18,470 bases of DNA from a virus, in UHGV virus genome UHGV-1652597; one strand, written 5' to 3'. Under the pieces are notes generated by a model. The model saw only the letters and a program-made list of their open reading frames with translations, was not told the origin of the DNA and did not search any database. The translations under genes and the position numbers were made by a program. Positions 1 to 7,825 of the stretch are shown one piece after another (positions within the stretch are counted from its first letter, which is position 1; the number at the start of each line of letters is the position of its first letter).

Positions 1-67
1 CGTGTCATAAGGCGAAGACGGCCCGTGAACGGTTTAAGTGATAATAATTCTCAACTGTCTGAGGGGA

Positions 68-127
68 GGGGCGGGTCAAATCTCTGCGGCCTGACGTCTT
101 CCGGACTGCCCGCCCCATCGTTTTTTT
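68..127 (+). terminator. Terminator-like inverted repeat (GGGGCGGG ... CCCGCCCC) followed by a T7 run, upstream of terS; alternatively part of the packaging (cos) region
   Basis: Perfect 8-bp inverted repeat at 68-75 and 109-116 separated by about 33 nt, then ATCG and seven Ts at 121-127. The loop is long for a canonical intrinsic terminator, hence low confidence. Confidence 0.3.
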
Positions 128-166
128 ATACCCGCGAAAAATGAAATTTAACCAGGAGTGCCGCAT

Positions 167-661
167 ATGGCTGGAACGGCGGGGCGTTCCGGGCGTCGCC
201 CCAAGCCAACGGCGCGCAAGGCGCTGGCCGGAAACCCCGGCAAGCGAGCCCTGAACAAAGATGAACCTGTTTTTACGCCCATCAAAGGTGTTGAGCCACC
301 GGAGTGGTTCGCTGAAGAAGATCTCCCTCTCGCCACGATCATGTGGCAACTGACAACCAAAGAACTCTGCGGTCAGGGCCTGTTGTGCGTGACTGACCTG
401 GCGGTACTTGAGCGGTGGTGCGTGGCCTATGAGTTCTGGCGACGTGCCGTGAAAAATATTGCCAGCCAGGGCAACACCATCACCGGTGCAATGGGCGGTA
501 TGGTCAAAAACCCGGAGCTGACCGCCAAAAAAGAACAGGAGTCCGAGATGAGCAGCACGGGGGCAATGCTCGGACTCGACCCCAGCAGCCGCCAGCGTCT
601 GATTGGCCTGGCGGGGCAGAAGAAAGCCACTAACCCGTTTCTGAAAATCATCGAATCATGA
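167..661 (+). CDS. terS: Phage terminase small subunit, P27 family
   Basis: Track ORF 158..661; N-terminus [33 protein letters not shown] is typical of P27-family small terminases. AGGAG at 154-158 sits 8 nt before ATG 167, so ATG 167 is preferred over GTG 158. Position is immediately upstream of the large terminase. Confidence 0.8.
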   Translation: MAGTAGRSGRRPKPTARKALAGNPGKRALNKDEPVFTPIKGVEPPEWFAEEDLPLATIMWQLTTKELCGQGLLCVTDLAVLERWCVAYEFWRRAVKNIASQGNTITGAMGGMVKNPELTAKKEQESEMSSTGAMLGLDPSSRQRLIGLAGQKKATNPFLKIIES

Positions 662-698
662 GCCGGAAATCTTACCCCAACGTAAATGCTGCCAATTT

Positions 699-2345
699 GT
701 GATGCAGGCCTGCCAGCGCCATCTTGATGACCTGATGGCGGAAAAAAGTAAGTCGTTTCGTTACCGCTTCGACAAGGACCTGGCTGAACGGGCCGCCAAA
801 TTTATTCAGCTGTTGCCGCACACCAAGGGTGAGTGGGCATTCAAGAGGATGCCCATCACGCTGGAGCCGTGGCAGCTCTTTGTGATCTGCTGCGCGTTTG
901 GCTGGGTCAATAAAGGCTCCCGGCTGCGCCGCTTCCGTGAGGTGTATACCGAAATCCCCCGTAAGAACGGCAAATCGGCAATCTCTGCCGGTGTCGCCCT
1001 GTATTGTTTTGCCTGTGATAACGAGTTTGGCGCGGAAGTGTATTCCGGTGCCACGACAGAGAAACAGGCGTGGGAAGTCTTTCGCCCGGCGCGACTGATG
1101 TGTAAACGCACACCCATGCTGACGGAAGCGTTCGGGATTGAGGTTAACGCCTCAAACATGAACCGTCCGGAGGATGGCGCGCGGTTTGAACCGCTGATCG
1201 GTAACCCCGGTGATGGATCATCACCCCACTGTGCGGTGGTGGATGAATATCACGAGCACGCCACCGATGCGCTTTACACCACGATGCTTACCGGGATGGG
1301 GGCGCGACGTCAGCCACTGATGTGGGCCATTACTACTGCCGGGTACAACATTGAGGGGCCGTGCTACGACAAGCGGCGGGAAGTCATCGAGATGCTCAAC
1401 GGCTCGGTGCCCAACGATGAACTGTTCGGGATCATCTATACCGTTGATGAAGGTGACGACTGGACCGACCCGCAGGTGCTGGAAAAAGCCAATCCAAATA
1501 TTGGCGTGTCGGTTTATCGCGAATTTTTGTTAAGTCAGCAGCAGCGTGCGAAAAATAACGCCCGTCTGGCAAACGTCTTTAAAACAAAACACCTCAATAT
1601 CTGGGTGTCGGCGCGTTCGGCGTATTTCAACCTGGTGAGCTGGCAGAGCTGCGAGGATAAATCACTGACCCTTGAGCAGTTTGAGGGGCAGCCGTGCATT
1701 CTGGCCTTTGACCTGGCGCGTAAGCTGGATATGAACAGTATGGCGCGACTTTATACCCGCGAGATTGACGGTAAAACGCATTACTACAGTGTGGCTCCGC
1801 GCTTCTGGGTACCGTATGACACGGTGTACAGCGTCGAGAAAAATGAAGATCGCCGGACAGCCGAGCGCTTTCAGAAATGGGTGGAAATGGGCGTTCTGAC
1901 CGTTACCGATGGTGCGGAGGTGGATTATCGCTACATCCTCGAGGAGGCCAAAGCGGCGAACAAAATCAGCCCGGTCAGTGAGTCACCCATCGACCCCTTC
2001 GGGGCGACCGGGCTGTCGCATGACCTTGCGGATGAAGACCTGAACCCCATCACCATCATTCAGAACTACACCAACATGTCCGACCCGATGAAAGAGCTGG
2101 AAGCGGCAATTGAATCGGGGCGTTTTCATCATGACGGCAATCCCATCATGACCTGGTGTATCGGCAACGTGGTCGGCAAAACCATTCCGGGTAACGATGA
2201 TGTGGTGAAGCCCGTCAAGGAGCAGGCGGAAAACAAAATTGATGGTGCAGTTGCGCTGATTATGGCGGTTGGCAGAGCCATGCTGTACGAGAAAGAAGAC
2301 ACGCTGTCTGATCACATTGAGTCCTACGGGATCCGCTCGCTTTAA
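699..2345 (+). CDS. terL: Phage terminase large subunit (ATPase/nuclease)
   Basis: 548-aa ORF directly after terS; Walker A-like motif PRKNGKS near residue 90; acidic motifs (VVDEYHEH) consistent with terminase ATPase; size and position. Start is GTG 699 or ATG 702; an in-frame stop at 642-644 precludes a longer N-terminus. Confidence 0.9.
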   Translation: MMQACQRHLDDLMAEKSKSFRYRFDKDLAERAAKFIQLLPHTKGEWAFKRMPITLEPWQLFVICCAFGWVNKGSRLRRFREVYTEIPRKNGKSAISAGVALYCFACDNEFGAEVYSGATTEKQAWEVFRPARLMCKRTPMLTEAFGIEVNASNMNRPEDGARFEPLIGNPGDGSSPHCAVVDEYHEHATDALYTTMLTGMGARRQPLMWAITTAGYNIEGPCYDKRREVIEMLNGSVPNDELFGIIYTVDEGDDWTDPQVLEKANPNIGVSVYREFLLSQQQRAKNNARLANVFKTKHLNIWVSARSAYFNLVSWQSCEDKSLTLEQFEGQPCILAFDLARKLDMNSMARLYTREIDGKTHYYSVAPRFWVPYDTVYSVEKNEDRRTAERFQKWVEMGVLTVTDGAEVDYRYILEEAKAANKISPVSESPIDPFGATGLSHDLADEDLNPITIIQNYTNMSDPMKELEAAIESGRFHHDGNPIMTWCIGNVVGKTIPGNDDVVKPVKEQAENKIDGAVALIMAVGRAMLYEKEDTLSDHIESYGIRSL

Positions 2346-2356
2346 CTGAGGTAATT

Positions 2357-2539
2357 ATGATCATGCTGATTCTCGCGCCTCTGGTGGGCGTGCTGGGTGC
2401 GCTTTTGCTGGCGTATGGTGCCTGGCTGATTTATCCCCCGGCGGGGTTTGTTGTTGCCGGGGCGCTGTGCCTGTTCTGGTCGTGGCTGGTGGCGCGATAT
2501 CTCGACCGTACACAGCCGTCTGTCGGCGGAGGTAAATAG
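2357..2539 (+). CDS. Small hypothetical membrane protein (two predicted transmembrane helices)
   Basis: 60-aa ORF with two hydrophobic stretches ([23 protein letters not shown] and [16 protein letters not shown]); GAGG at 2348-2351 is 5 nt upstream of ATG 2357; stop overlaps the portal GTG start. No family recognised. Confidence 0.5.
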   Translation: MIMLILAPLVGVLGALLLAYGAWLIYPPAGFVVAGALCLFWSWLVARYLDRTQPSVGGGK

Positions 2540-3780
2540 TGTTCTTTTCGGGATTATTTCAACGAAAAAGTGACGCACCGGTGACCACGCCAGCAGAGCT
2601 GGCGGATGCTATCGGGCTGTCATATGACACCTATACCGGAAAGCAGATCAGCAGCCAGCGGGCCATGCGACTGACGGCGGTTTTTTCCTGCGTCAGGGTG
2701 CTGGCGGAGTCGGTCGGGATGTTGCCCTGCAACCTGTATCACCTGAACGGCAGCCTGAAACAGAGAGCCACCGGCGAACGTCTGCATAAGCTGATCTCCA
2801 CGCATCCCAATGGCTATATGACGCCGCAGGAGTTCTGGGAGCTGGTGGTCACCTGTCTGTGCCTGCGGGGAAACTTTTACGCCTACAAAGTGAAAGCATT
2901 TGGCGAAGTGGCTGAACTGCTGCCCGTCGACCCAGGTTGTGTGGTACCGAAGCTTAACAGTAGCTGGGAACCGGTTTACCAGGTCACATTCCCGGACGGC
3001 TCCACGGATGTACTGAGCCAGGAAGATATCTGGCATGTGCGCACGCTGACGCTGGACGGTCTGGTGGGACTGAATCCCATCGCCTATGCCCGCGAGGCAA
3101 TATCGCTGGCAGCTGCGACCGAAGAGCACGGGGCCAGACTGTTCAGCAATGGTGCGGTGACGTCCGGTGTGTTGCGTACAGAGCAGACGCTGTCGGATCA
3201 GGCTTATGAGCGTCTGAAGAAAGATTTTGAGGAGCGTCACACCGGGCTTGGTAATGCTCACCGCCCGATGATCCTTGAGATGGGGCTGGACTGGAAGTCG
3301 ATGGCGCTGAACGCCGAGGACAGCCAGTTCCTGGAAACCCGCAAGTTTCAGCTTGAAGAAATCTGTCGTCTGTTCCGTGTGCCATTGCACATGGTGCAGA
3401 ACACCGATCGCGCCACCTTCAACAATATCGAAGAACTGGGGCTGGGATTTATCAACTATTCACTGGTGCCGTATCTGACCCGCATTGAGCAGCGGATCAA
3501 CACCGGACTGGTACGAAAAAGTAAGCAGGGCGTTTATTACGCCAAATTTAACGCCGGGGCGTTACTGCGCGGGGATATGAAGTCCCGTTTTGAAGCCTAC
3601 GCCACCGGGATTAACTGGGGAATTTACTCTCCCAATGACTGCCGCGACCTGGAAGATATGAATCCGCGTCCCGGTGGGGATGTCTATCTCACACCGATGA
3701 ACATGACCACGAAACCCTCCGATGGCAGTAAAGCCGGTAAGCAGAAGGATAACGCCAATGCAGACGAAACAACGTCTTGA
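2539..3780 (+). CDS. Phage portal protein, HK97 family
   Basis: 413 aa; N-terminal region RLTAVFSCVRVLAESVGMLPCNLY resembles the conserved HK97-family portal N-terminus; located between terminase and prohead protease. GTG start at 2539 overlaps the preceding stop. Confidence 0.9.
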   Translation: MFFSGLFQRKSDAPVTTPAELADAIGLSYDTYTGKQISSQRAMRLTAVFSCVRVLAESVGMLPCNLYHLNGSLKQRATGERLHKLISTHPNGYMTPQEFWELVVTCLCLRGNFYAYKVKAFGEVAELLPVDPGCVVPKLNSSWEPVYQVTFPDGSTDVLSQEDIWHVRTLTLDGLVGLNPIAYAREAISLAAATEEHGARLFSNGAVTSGVLRTEQTLSDQAYERLKKDFEERHTGLGNAHRPMILEMGLDWKSMALNAEDSQFLETRKFQLEEICRLFRVPLHMVQNTDRATFNNIEELGLGFINYSLVPYLTRIEQRINTGLVRKSKQGVYYAKFNAGALLRGDMKSRFEAYATGINWGIYSPNDCRDLEDMNPRPGGDVYLTPMNMTTKPSDGSKAGKQKDNANADETTS

Positions 3781-4408
3781 TGTACCGCTGAGTCTGAAAT
3801 CTGTCAGTGACTCCGGTGAGTTTGAAGGGTATGGCTCCGTCTTTGGTGTAAAGGACAGCCACGATGATGTGGTGATGTCCGGGGCATTTGCTGCTTCCCT
3901 GCGGGCGTGGAGTGACAGAAAAGCGTTACCTGCGCTGCTCTGGCAGCACCGCATGGATGAACCCATCGGTGTTTACACCGAAATGAAGGAAGACGATGTC
4001 GGGCTTTACGTCAGGGGGCGGTTGCTCATTGATGATGATCCCCTCGCAAAACGCGCACATGCACACATGAAGGCCGGTTCGTTAACCGGCCTTTCTATTG
4101 GGTACGTCCTGAAAGACTGGGAATACGACCGGAGCAAAGAAGCCTTTCTGTTGAAAGAAATCGACCTCTGGGAAGTCAGTCTGGTGACGTTTCCGTCTAA
4201 CGACGAGGCGCGGATCAGCGACGTCAAGAACGCGCTGGCCCGCGGGGAAATCCCCGAACAGAAAAAAATCGAAAGAGTCCTGCGTGATGTCGGACTCTCC
4301 CGTACCCAGGCCAAAGCATTCATGGCCGGGGGCTATGGCGCACTGTCCCTGCGCGACGCTGAGTATGTGGGCTCTGCACTGAATGCACTGAAAAATCTGA
4401 ACTTCTAA
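3758..4408 (+). CDS. Prohead maturation protease, HK97 family
   Basis: Motif FEGYGSVFGVKDSHDDVVMSGAF matches the HK97-family prohead protease N-terminal signature. The track ORF starts at 3722, but ATG 3758 has an AAGGA Shine-Dalgarno about 8 nt upstream and is preferred. Overlaps the portal 3' end. Confidence 0.85.
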   Translation: MQTKQRLDVPLSLKSVSDSGEFEGYGSVFGVKDSHDDVVMSGAFAASLRAWSDRKALPALLWQHRMDEPIGVYTEMKEDDVGLYVRGRLLIDDDPLAKRAHAHMKAGSLTGLSIGYVLKDWEYDRSKEAFLLKEIDLWEVSLVTFPSNDEARISDVKNALARGEIPEQKKIERVLRDVGLSRTQAKAFMAGGYGALSLRDAEYVGSALNALKNLNF

Positions 4409-4422
4409 TCAGGAGAAATACG

Positions 4423-5628
4423 ATGGCGGTTGATATTAAAGATGTCGAACAGGTCGCGCAGGAGCTGCAGCAGAAGTTTGACGACTTCAAAGCAAAGAAC
4501 GACAAGCGCGTGGATGCGATTGAGCAGGAAAAAGGCAAGCTTGCCGGGCAGGTGGAAACCCTGAACGGGAAACTCAGCGAGCTGGAAAATCTCAAAAGCG
4601 ACCTTGAAAAAGAGCTGCTTGAGCTGAAACGTCCGGCAGGTGGAGCGCAAAATAAACTGGCCACCGAGCATAAAGAGGCGTTTGTGGGCTTTCTACGTAA
4701 AGGCCGTGAAGACGGTCTGCGCGATCTGGAGCGTAAGGCATTGCAGGTGGGTACCGATGAAGACGGTGGCTACGCCGTGCCGGAAGAACTGGATCGCAAC
4801 ATTCTTAACCTGCTGAAAGATGAAGTGGTGATGCGTCAGGAAGCCACGGTGATCACCGTTGGCGGTTCCGACTACAAAAAACTGGTGAATCTGGGCGGTA
4901 CGGCTTCCGGATGGGTGGGGGAAACGGATACGCGATCCCAGACTGCCACCTCCAGACTGGAGCTGATTGAACCTCTCATGGGGGAAATCTACGGCAACCC
5001 GCAGGCTACCCAGAAAATGCTGGACGATGCCTTCTTCAACGTGGAGGCCTGGATTAACAGCGAGCTGGCAACCGAATTTGCCGAACAGGAAGAAATTGCC
5101 TTTACCTCAGGCGATGGCACCAAGAAGCCGAAAGGGTTCCTGGCGTATGAATCCACTGATGAAACCGACAAGGTCCGGGCGTTCGGCAAACTTCAGCATA
5201 TTGTATCCGGCGAAGCGACCGCGGTGACCGCAGACGCCATTATCAAACTGATTTACACGCTGCGTAAGGCACACCGCACTGGCGCGAAGTTCATGATGAA
5301 CAACAACAGCCTGTTTGCCATCCGTCTGCTGAAAGACACCGAGGGTAACTATCTGTGGCGTCCGGGGCTGGAACTGGGGCAGCCGTCCTCTCTGGCGGGT
5401 TACGGTATCGCTGAAAACGAACAGATGCCGGATATCGCCGCTGATGCGAAAGCCATTGCATTTGGTAACTTCAAACGGGGTTACACCATCGTTGACCGTA
5501 TCGGCACCCGCATTCTGCGTGACCCGTACACCAATAAACCGTTTGTCGGTTTTTATACCACCAAGCGCACCGGCGGGATGCTGGTCGATTCGCAGGCCAT
5601 CAAACTGCTGAAGATTGCAGCGGCGTAA
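4423..5628 (+). CDS. Major capsid protein, HK97 family, with N-terminal coiled-coil (delta/scaffolding-like) domain
   Basis: 401 aa; N-terminal about 100 residues are highly charged and heptad-like (EQVAQELQQKFDDFKAKNDKRVDAIEQEKGKLAGQVETLNGKLSELENLKSDLEKELLELK), followed by a body typical of HK97-fold capsid proteins; AGGAG Shine-Dalgarno before ATG; follows the protease. Confidence 0.9.
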   Translation: MAVDIKDVEQVAQELQQKFDDFKAKNDKRVDAIEQEKGKLAGQVETLNGKLSELENLKSDLEKELLELKRPAGGAQNKLATEHKEAFVGFLRKGREDGLRDLERKALQVGTDEDGGYAVPEELDRNILNLLKDEVVMRQEATVITVGGSDYKKLVNLGGTASGWVGETDTRSQTATSRLELIEPLMGEIYGNPQATQKMLDDAFFNVEAWINSELATEFAEQEEIAFTSGDGTKKPKGFLAYESTDETDKVRAFGKLQHIVSGEATAVTADAIIKLIYTLRKAHRTGAKFMMNNNSLFAIRLLKDTEGNYLWRPGLELGQPSSLAGYGIAENEQMPDIAADAKAIAFGNFKRGYTIVDRIGTRILRDPYTNKPFVGFYTTKRTGGMLVDSQAIKLLKIAAA

Positions 5629-5634
5629 TCACTC

Positions 5635-5659
5635 AGGGGGGCGGAACCGCGCCCCCTGT
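5635..5659 (+). terminator. GC-rich hairpin immediately downstream of the major capsid gene (possible partial terminator or RNA-stabilising stem-loop)
   Basis: CAGGGGG (5635-5641) pairs with CCCCCTG (5653-5659), with further internal GC pairs around a GAAC loop; followed by TGTTCT, which is only weakly T-rich. Confidence 0.35.
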
Positions 5660-5677
5660 TCTGACGGGTGAAGAATC

Positions 5678-5878
5678 ATGATCCTGAAACAAGATCTGAA
5701 ATGGTCACCGGACGGTATGCGTGTTGAGGTCATTCGGGCCGGTGAGTATGACGACGGGGCGCTTCCTGCCCGGGTGCAGGAGATTGCACTTCAGGCCGGG
5801 TTAGCAGAGCGCGGAACCAGTGCAAAAAGCAGTAAAGCGGCAAAAGAGAAAAAAGCCACGACCAGTAAAGAGGGCTGA
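5678..5878 (+). CDS. Hypothetical small protein with Lys/Ser/Thr-rich C-terminal tail
   Basis: 66-aa ORF between the capsid and head-tail connector genes, same strand and tightly packed; no family recognised. Confidence 0.4.
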   Translation: MILKQDLKWSPDGMRVEVIRAGEYDDGALPARVQEIALQAGLAERGTSAKSSKAAKEKKATTSKEG

Positions 5879-5880
5879 GT

Positions 5881-6204
5881 ATGCTTCTGACAATGGAAGA
5901 GATTAAAGCCCAACTCCGGCTGGATGAGGATTTCGATGCTGATGACCGCCATCTGCAACTGCTGGCCTGTGCGGCGCAAAAGCGGACGGAAACGTATCTG
6001 AACCGGAAGCTCTATGCACCGGATGAAACCATTCCGGAGAGCGATCCGGACGGGCTGCACCTGCCGGATGATATTCGTCTGGGGATGCTGATGCTTATCA
6101 GCCATTTTTACGAAAACCGCTCGTCGGTTACGGAAGTGGAGAAACTCGACATGCCGCAGAGTTTTGGCTGGCTTGTCGGCCCGTACAGGTACTTTCCGCA
6201 ATGA
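5881..6204 (+). CDS. Head-tail connector protein (gp6-like)
   Basis: N-terminus MEEIKAQLRLDEDFDADDRHLQLLACAAQKRTETYLNRKL matches the characteristic pattern of gp6-like head-tail connector proteins; position right after the capsid gene. Confidence 0.75.
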   Translation: MLLTMEEIKAQLRLDEDFDADDRHLQLLACAAQKRTETYLNRKLYAPDETIPESDPDGLHLPDDIRLGMLMLISHFYENRSSVTEVEKLDMPQSFGWLVGPYRYFPQ

Positions 6205-6611
6205 AAATTCGTCAGGCGCAGACCAGCGCAACCTACATTCTGCCGGACCCCGGTGAACTGAATAAACACGTCCTGATCCGCCTGCGGGTGGATATGCCCG
6301 CGGATAACTTTGGCGTGGAGCCTCAATACCCGGTTACGTTCCGGACATGGGCGAAGGTTATCCAGACCAGTGCCACCACCTGGCAGGAAACCGCGCAGAC
6401 CGGGGACGCCATCACCCATTACATCACCATTCGTTACCGCCGGGGGATCACCGCTGATTATGAGGTGGTCTGCGGTGACAGTGTGTACCGGGTGAAACGT
6501 CAGCGTGATCTGAACGGGGCGCGGCGCTTTCTGCTGCTGGAGTGTACGGAGCTGGGCGAATGTAGGCAGAGTCACGGAGGCAGCAATGGCGACTCCCTTT
6601 TTTCACGTTGA
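6201..6611 (+). CDS. Head closure / head-tail joining protein
   Basis: 136 aa; ATGA overlap with the connector gene; internal segments (ITIRYRRGIT, RRFLLLECTEL) resemble head-tail joining (head closure) family proteins; conserved position. Confidence 0.6.
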   Translation: MKIRQAQTSATYILPDPGELNKHVLIRLRVDMPADNFGVEPQYPVTFRTWAKVIQTSATTWQETAQTGDAITHYITIRYRRGITADYEVVCGDSVYRVKRQRDLNGARRFLLLECTELGECRQSHGGSNGDSLFSR

Positions 6612-7092
6612 TGTTCAGCAGCCCGCCGAGATGCGCTTTAACCGCGCCCGTGTCCGGCGGGCGTTTGTCACGATTGGGCAGCGTCATATGCGTGATGCCC
6701 GTCGGCTGGTGATGCGCCGTGCGCGGTCGGCACCGGGTGAAAACCCCGGTTATCAGACCGGACGCCTGGCTCGTTCGATTGGTTATATGGTGCCGAGAGC
6801 CAGTAAAAAGCGAGCCGGTTTTATGACACGCATTGCCCCTAACCAGCGCAACGGGAAGGGGAACCGGATGATCTCTGGTGACTTCTATCCGGCGTTTCTG
6901 TTTTTTGGTGTCCGGGGAGGAGCAAAACGTCGTCGTAGTCATCATCGTGGTGCATCCGGTGGCAGCGGCTGGCGACTGGCTCCACGTAATAACTTCATGG
7001 TGGAAACTCTTGAAAAGAACCGCAGCTGGACACGCTATTTTCTGGCGCGGGAATTGCGTAAATCACTGAAGCCGGAGCGACGACACAGATGA
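6586..7092 (+). CDS. Putative neck / tail-completion protein (HK97 gp10-like)
   Basis: 168 aa, basic; segment PGYQTGRLARSIGY resembles the D/TG-x-L-x-x-S-I motif I associate with HK97 gp10-family tail components; position between head-closure and tail genes. Confidence 0.45.
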   Translation: MATPFFHVDVQQPAEMRFNRARVRRAFVTIGQRHMRDARRLVMRRARSAPGENPGYQTGRLARSIGYMVPRASKKRAGFMTRIAPNQRNGKGNRMISGDFYPAFLFFGVRGGAKRRRSHHRGASGGSGWRLAPRNNFMVETLEKNRSWTRYFLARELRKSLKPERRHR

Positions 7093-7649
7093 AACTGACG
7101 CCTGTTATTGCTGCGCTGCGTGCCCGCTGCCCGTATTTTGAAAACCGGGTGGCAGGCGCGGCACAGTTCAAAAATCTGCCGGAGGTCGGAAAGCTGAGAC
7201 TCCCGGCGGCGTATGTGGTACCGGGTGATGACTCTCCGGGAGAAAACAAAAGCCAGATCGACTACTGGCAGGAGCTGAAAGAGGGCTTCTCCGTGGTTGT
7301 CATACTGAGTAACGGGCGTGATGAGCGCGGTCAGTTTGCCTCGTATGATGTGGTGGACGATGTCCGGCAGATGCTCTTTAAGGCCCTGCTGGGCTGGAAC
7401 CCGGAAGCGTGCGGTAACCCGATTACCTATGACGGCGGCACGCTGCTGGATCTGAATCGTCATGAGCTGATTTATCAGTTCGATTTTTCGGTCATCAGCG
7501 AGCTGACTGAAGACGATACCCGCCAGCAGGATGATCTGAACAGTCTGGATGAACTGCAAACGCTGGCGATTGATGTTGATTATCTCGAGCCCGGTAACGG
7601 GCCTGACGGCGATATCGAACATCACACCGAAATAACCCTTCCTTCCTGA
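7089..7649 (+). CDS. Hypothetical phage neck/tail protein (positional equivalent of Mu-like gp37)
   Basis: 186 aa; ATGA overlap with the upstream gene; acidic C-terminus; call is based on synteny (two genes upstream of the tail sheath in Mu-like tail modules), not a recognised motif. Confidence 0.4.
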   Translation: MKLTPVIAALRARCPYFENRVAGAAQFKNLPEVGKLRLPAAYVVPGDDSPGENKSQIDYWQELKEGFSVVVILSNGRDERGQFASYDVVDDVRQMLFKALLGWNPEACGNPITYDGGTLLDLNRHELIYQFDFSVISELTEDDTRQQDDLNSLDELQTLAIDVDYLEPGNGPDGDIEHHTEITLPS

Positions 7650-7657
7650 GGATCCTC

Positions 7658-7825
7658 ATGTTTGTCAAACCTGTTAAAGGGCGGTCAGTTCCTGACCCTG
7701 CCCGCGGCGACCTTTTGCCCGCCGAAGGGCGAAATGTTGACGAGAACAACTACTGGCTGCGCCGTGAAGTAGCGGGTGATATCCGGCGCGTGAATAAAAA
7801 GGTGAATACCGATGACGAGCTTTAA
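7658..7825 (+). CDS. Small conserved protein preceding the tail sheath (Mu-like gp38 / DUF2635-like); not in the supplied ORF track
   Basis: Hand-translated 55-codon ORF ATG 7658 to TAA 7823-7825: MFVKPVKGRSVPDPARGDLLPAEGRNVDENNYWLRREVAGDIRRVNKKVNTDDEL. It overlaps the sheath start by 14 nt and resembles the small proteins found upstream of sheath genes in Mu-like tail clusters. Confidence 0.45.
   Translation: MFVKPVKGRSVPDPARGDLLPAEGRNVDENNYWLRREVAGDIRRVNKKVNTDDEL

Noticed and set aside
141-166. ATG at 141 and GTG at 158 as alternative terS starts
   Set aside because: The ATG 141 frame terminates after a short peptide in a different frame from terS. GTG 158 would place the AGGAG Shine-Dalgarno on the start codon itself; ATG 167 has ideal spacing.
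898-1533. Short + strand alternative-frame ORFs inside the large terminase (898..1098, 1351..1533) and similar nested ORFs elsewhere (4967..5227, 6310..6495, 6878..7069, 8332..8532, 8635..8826, 10976..11170, 13894..14262, 15393..15590)
   Set aside because: They are embedded out of frame within strongly supported genes and translate to Arg/Pro/Ser-rich low-complexity sequence typical of off-frame translation of G+C-rich coding DNA.
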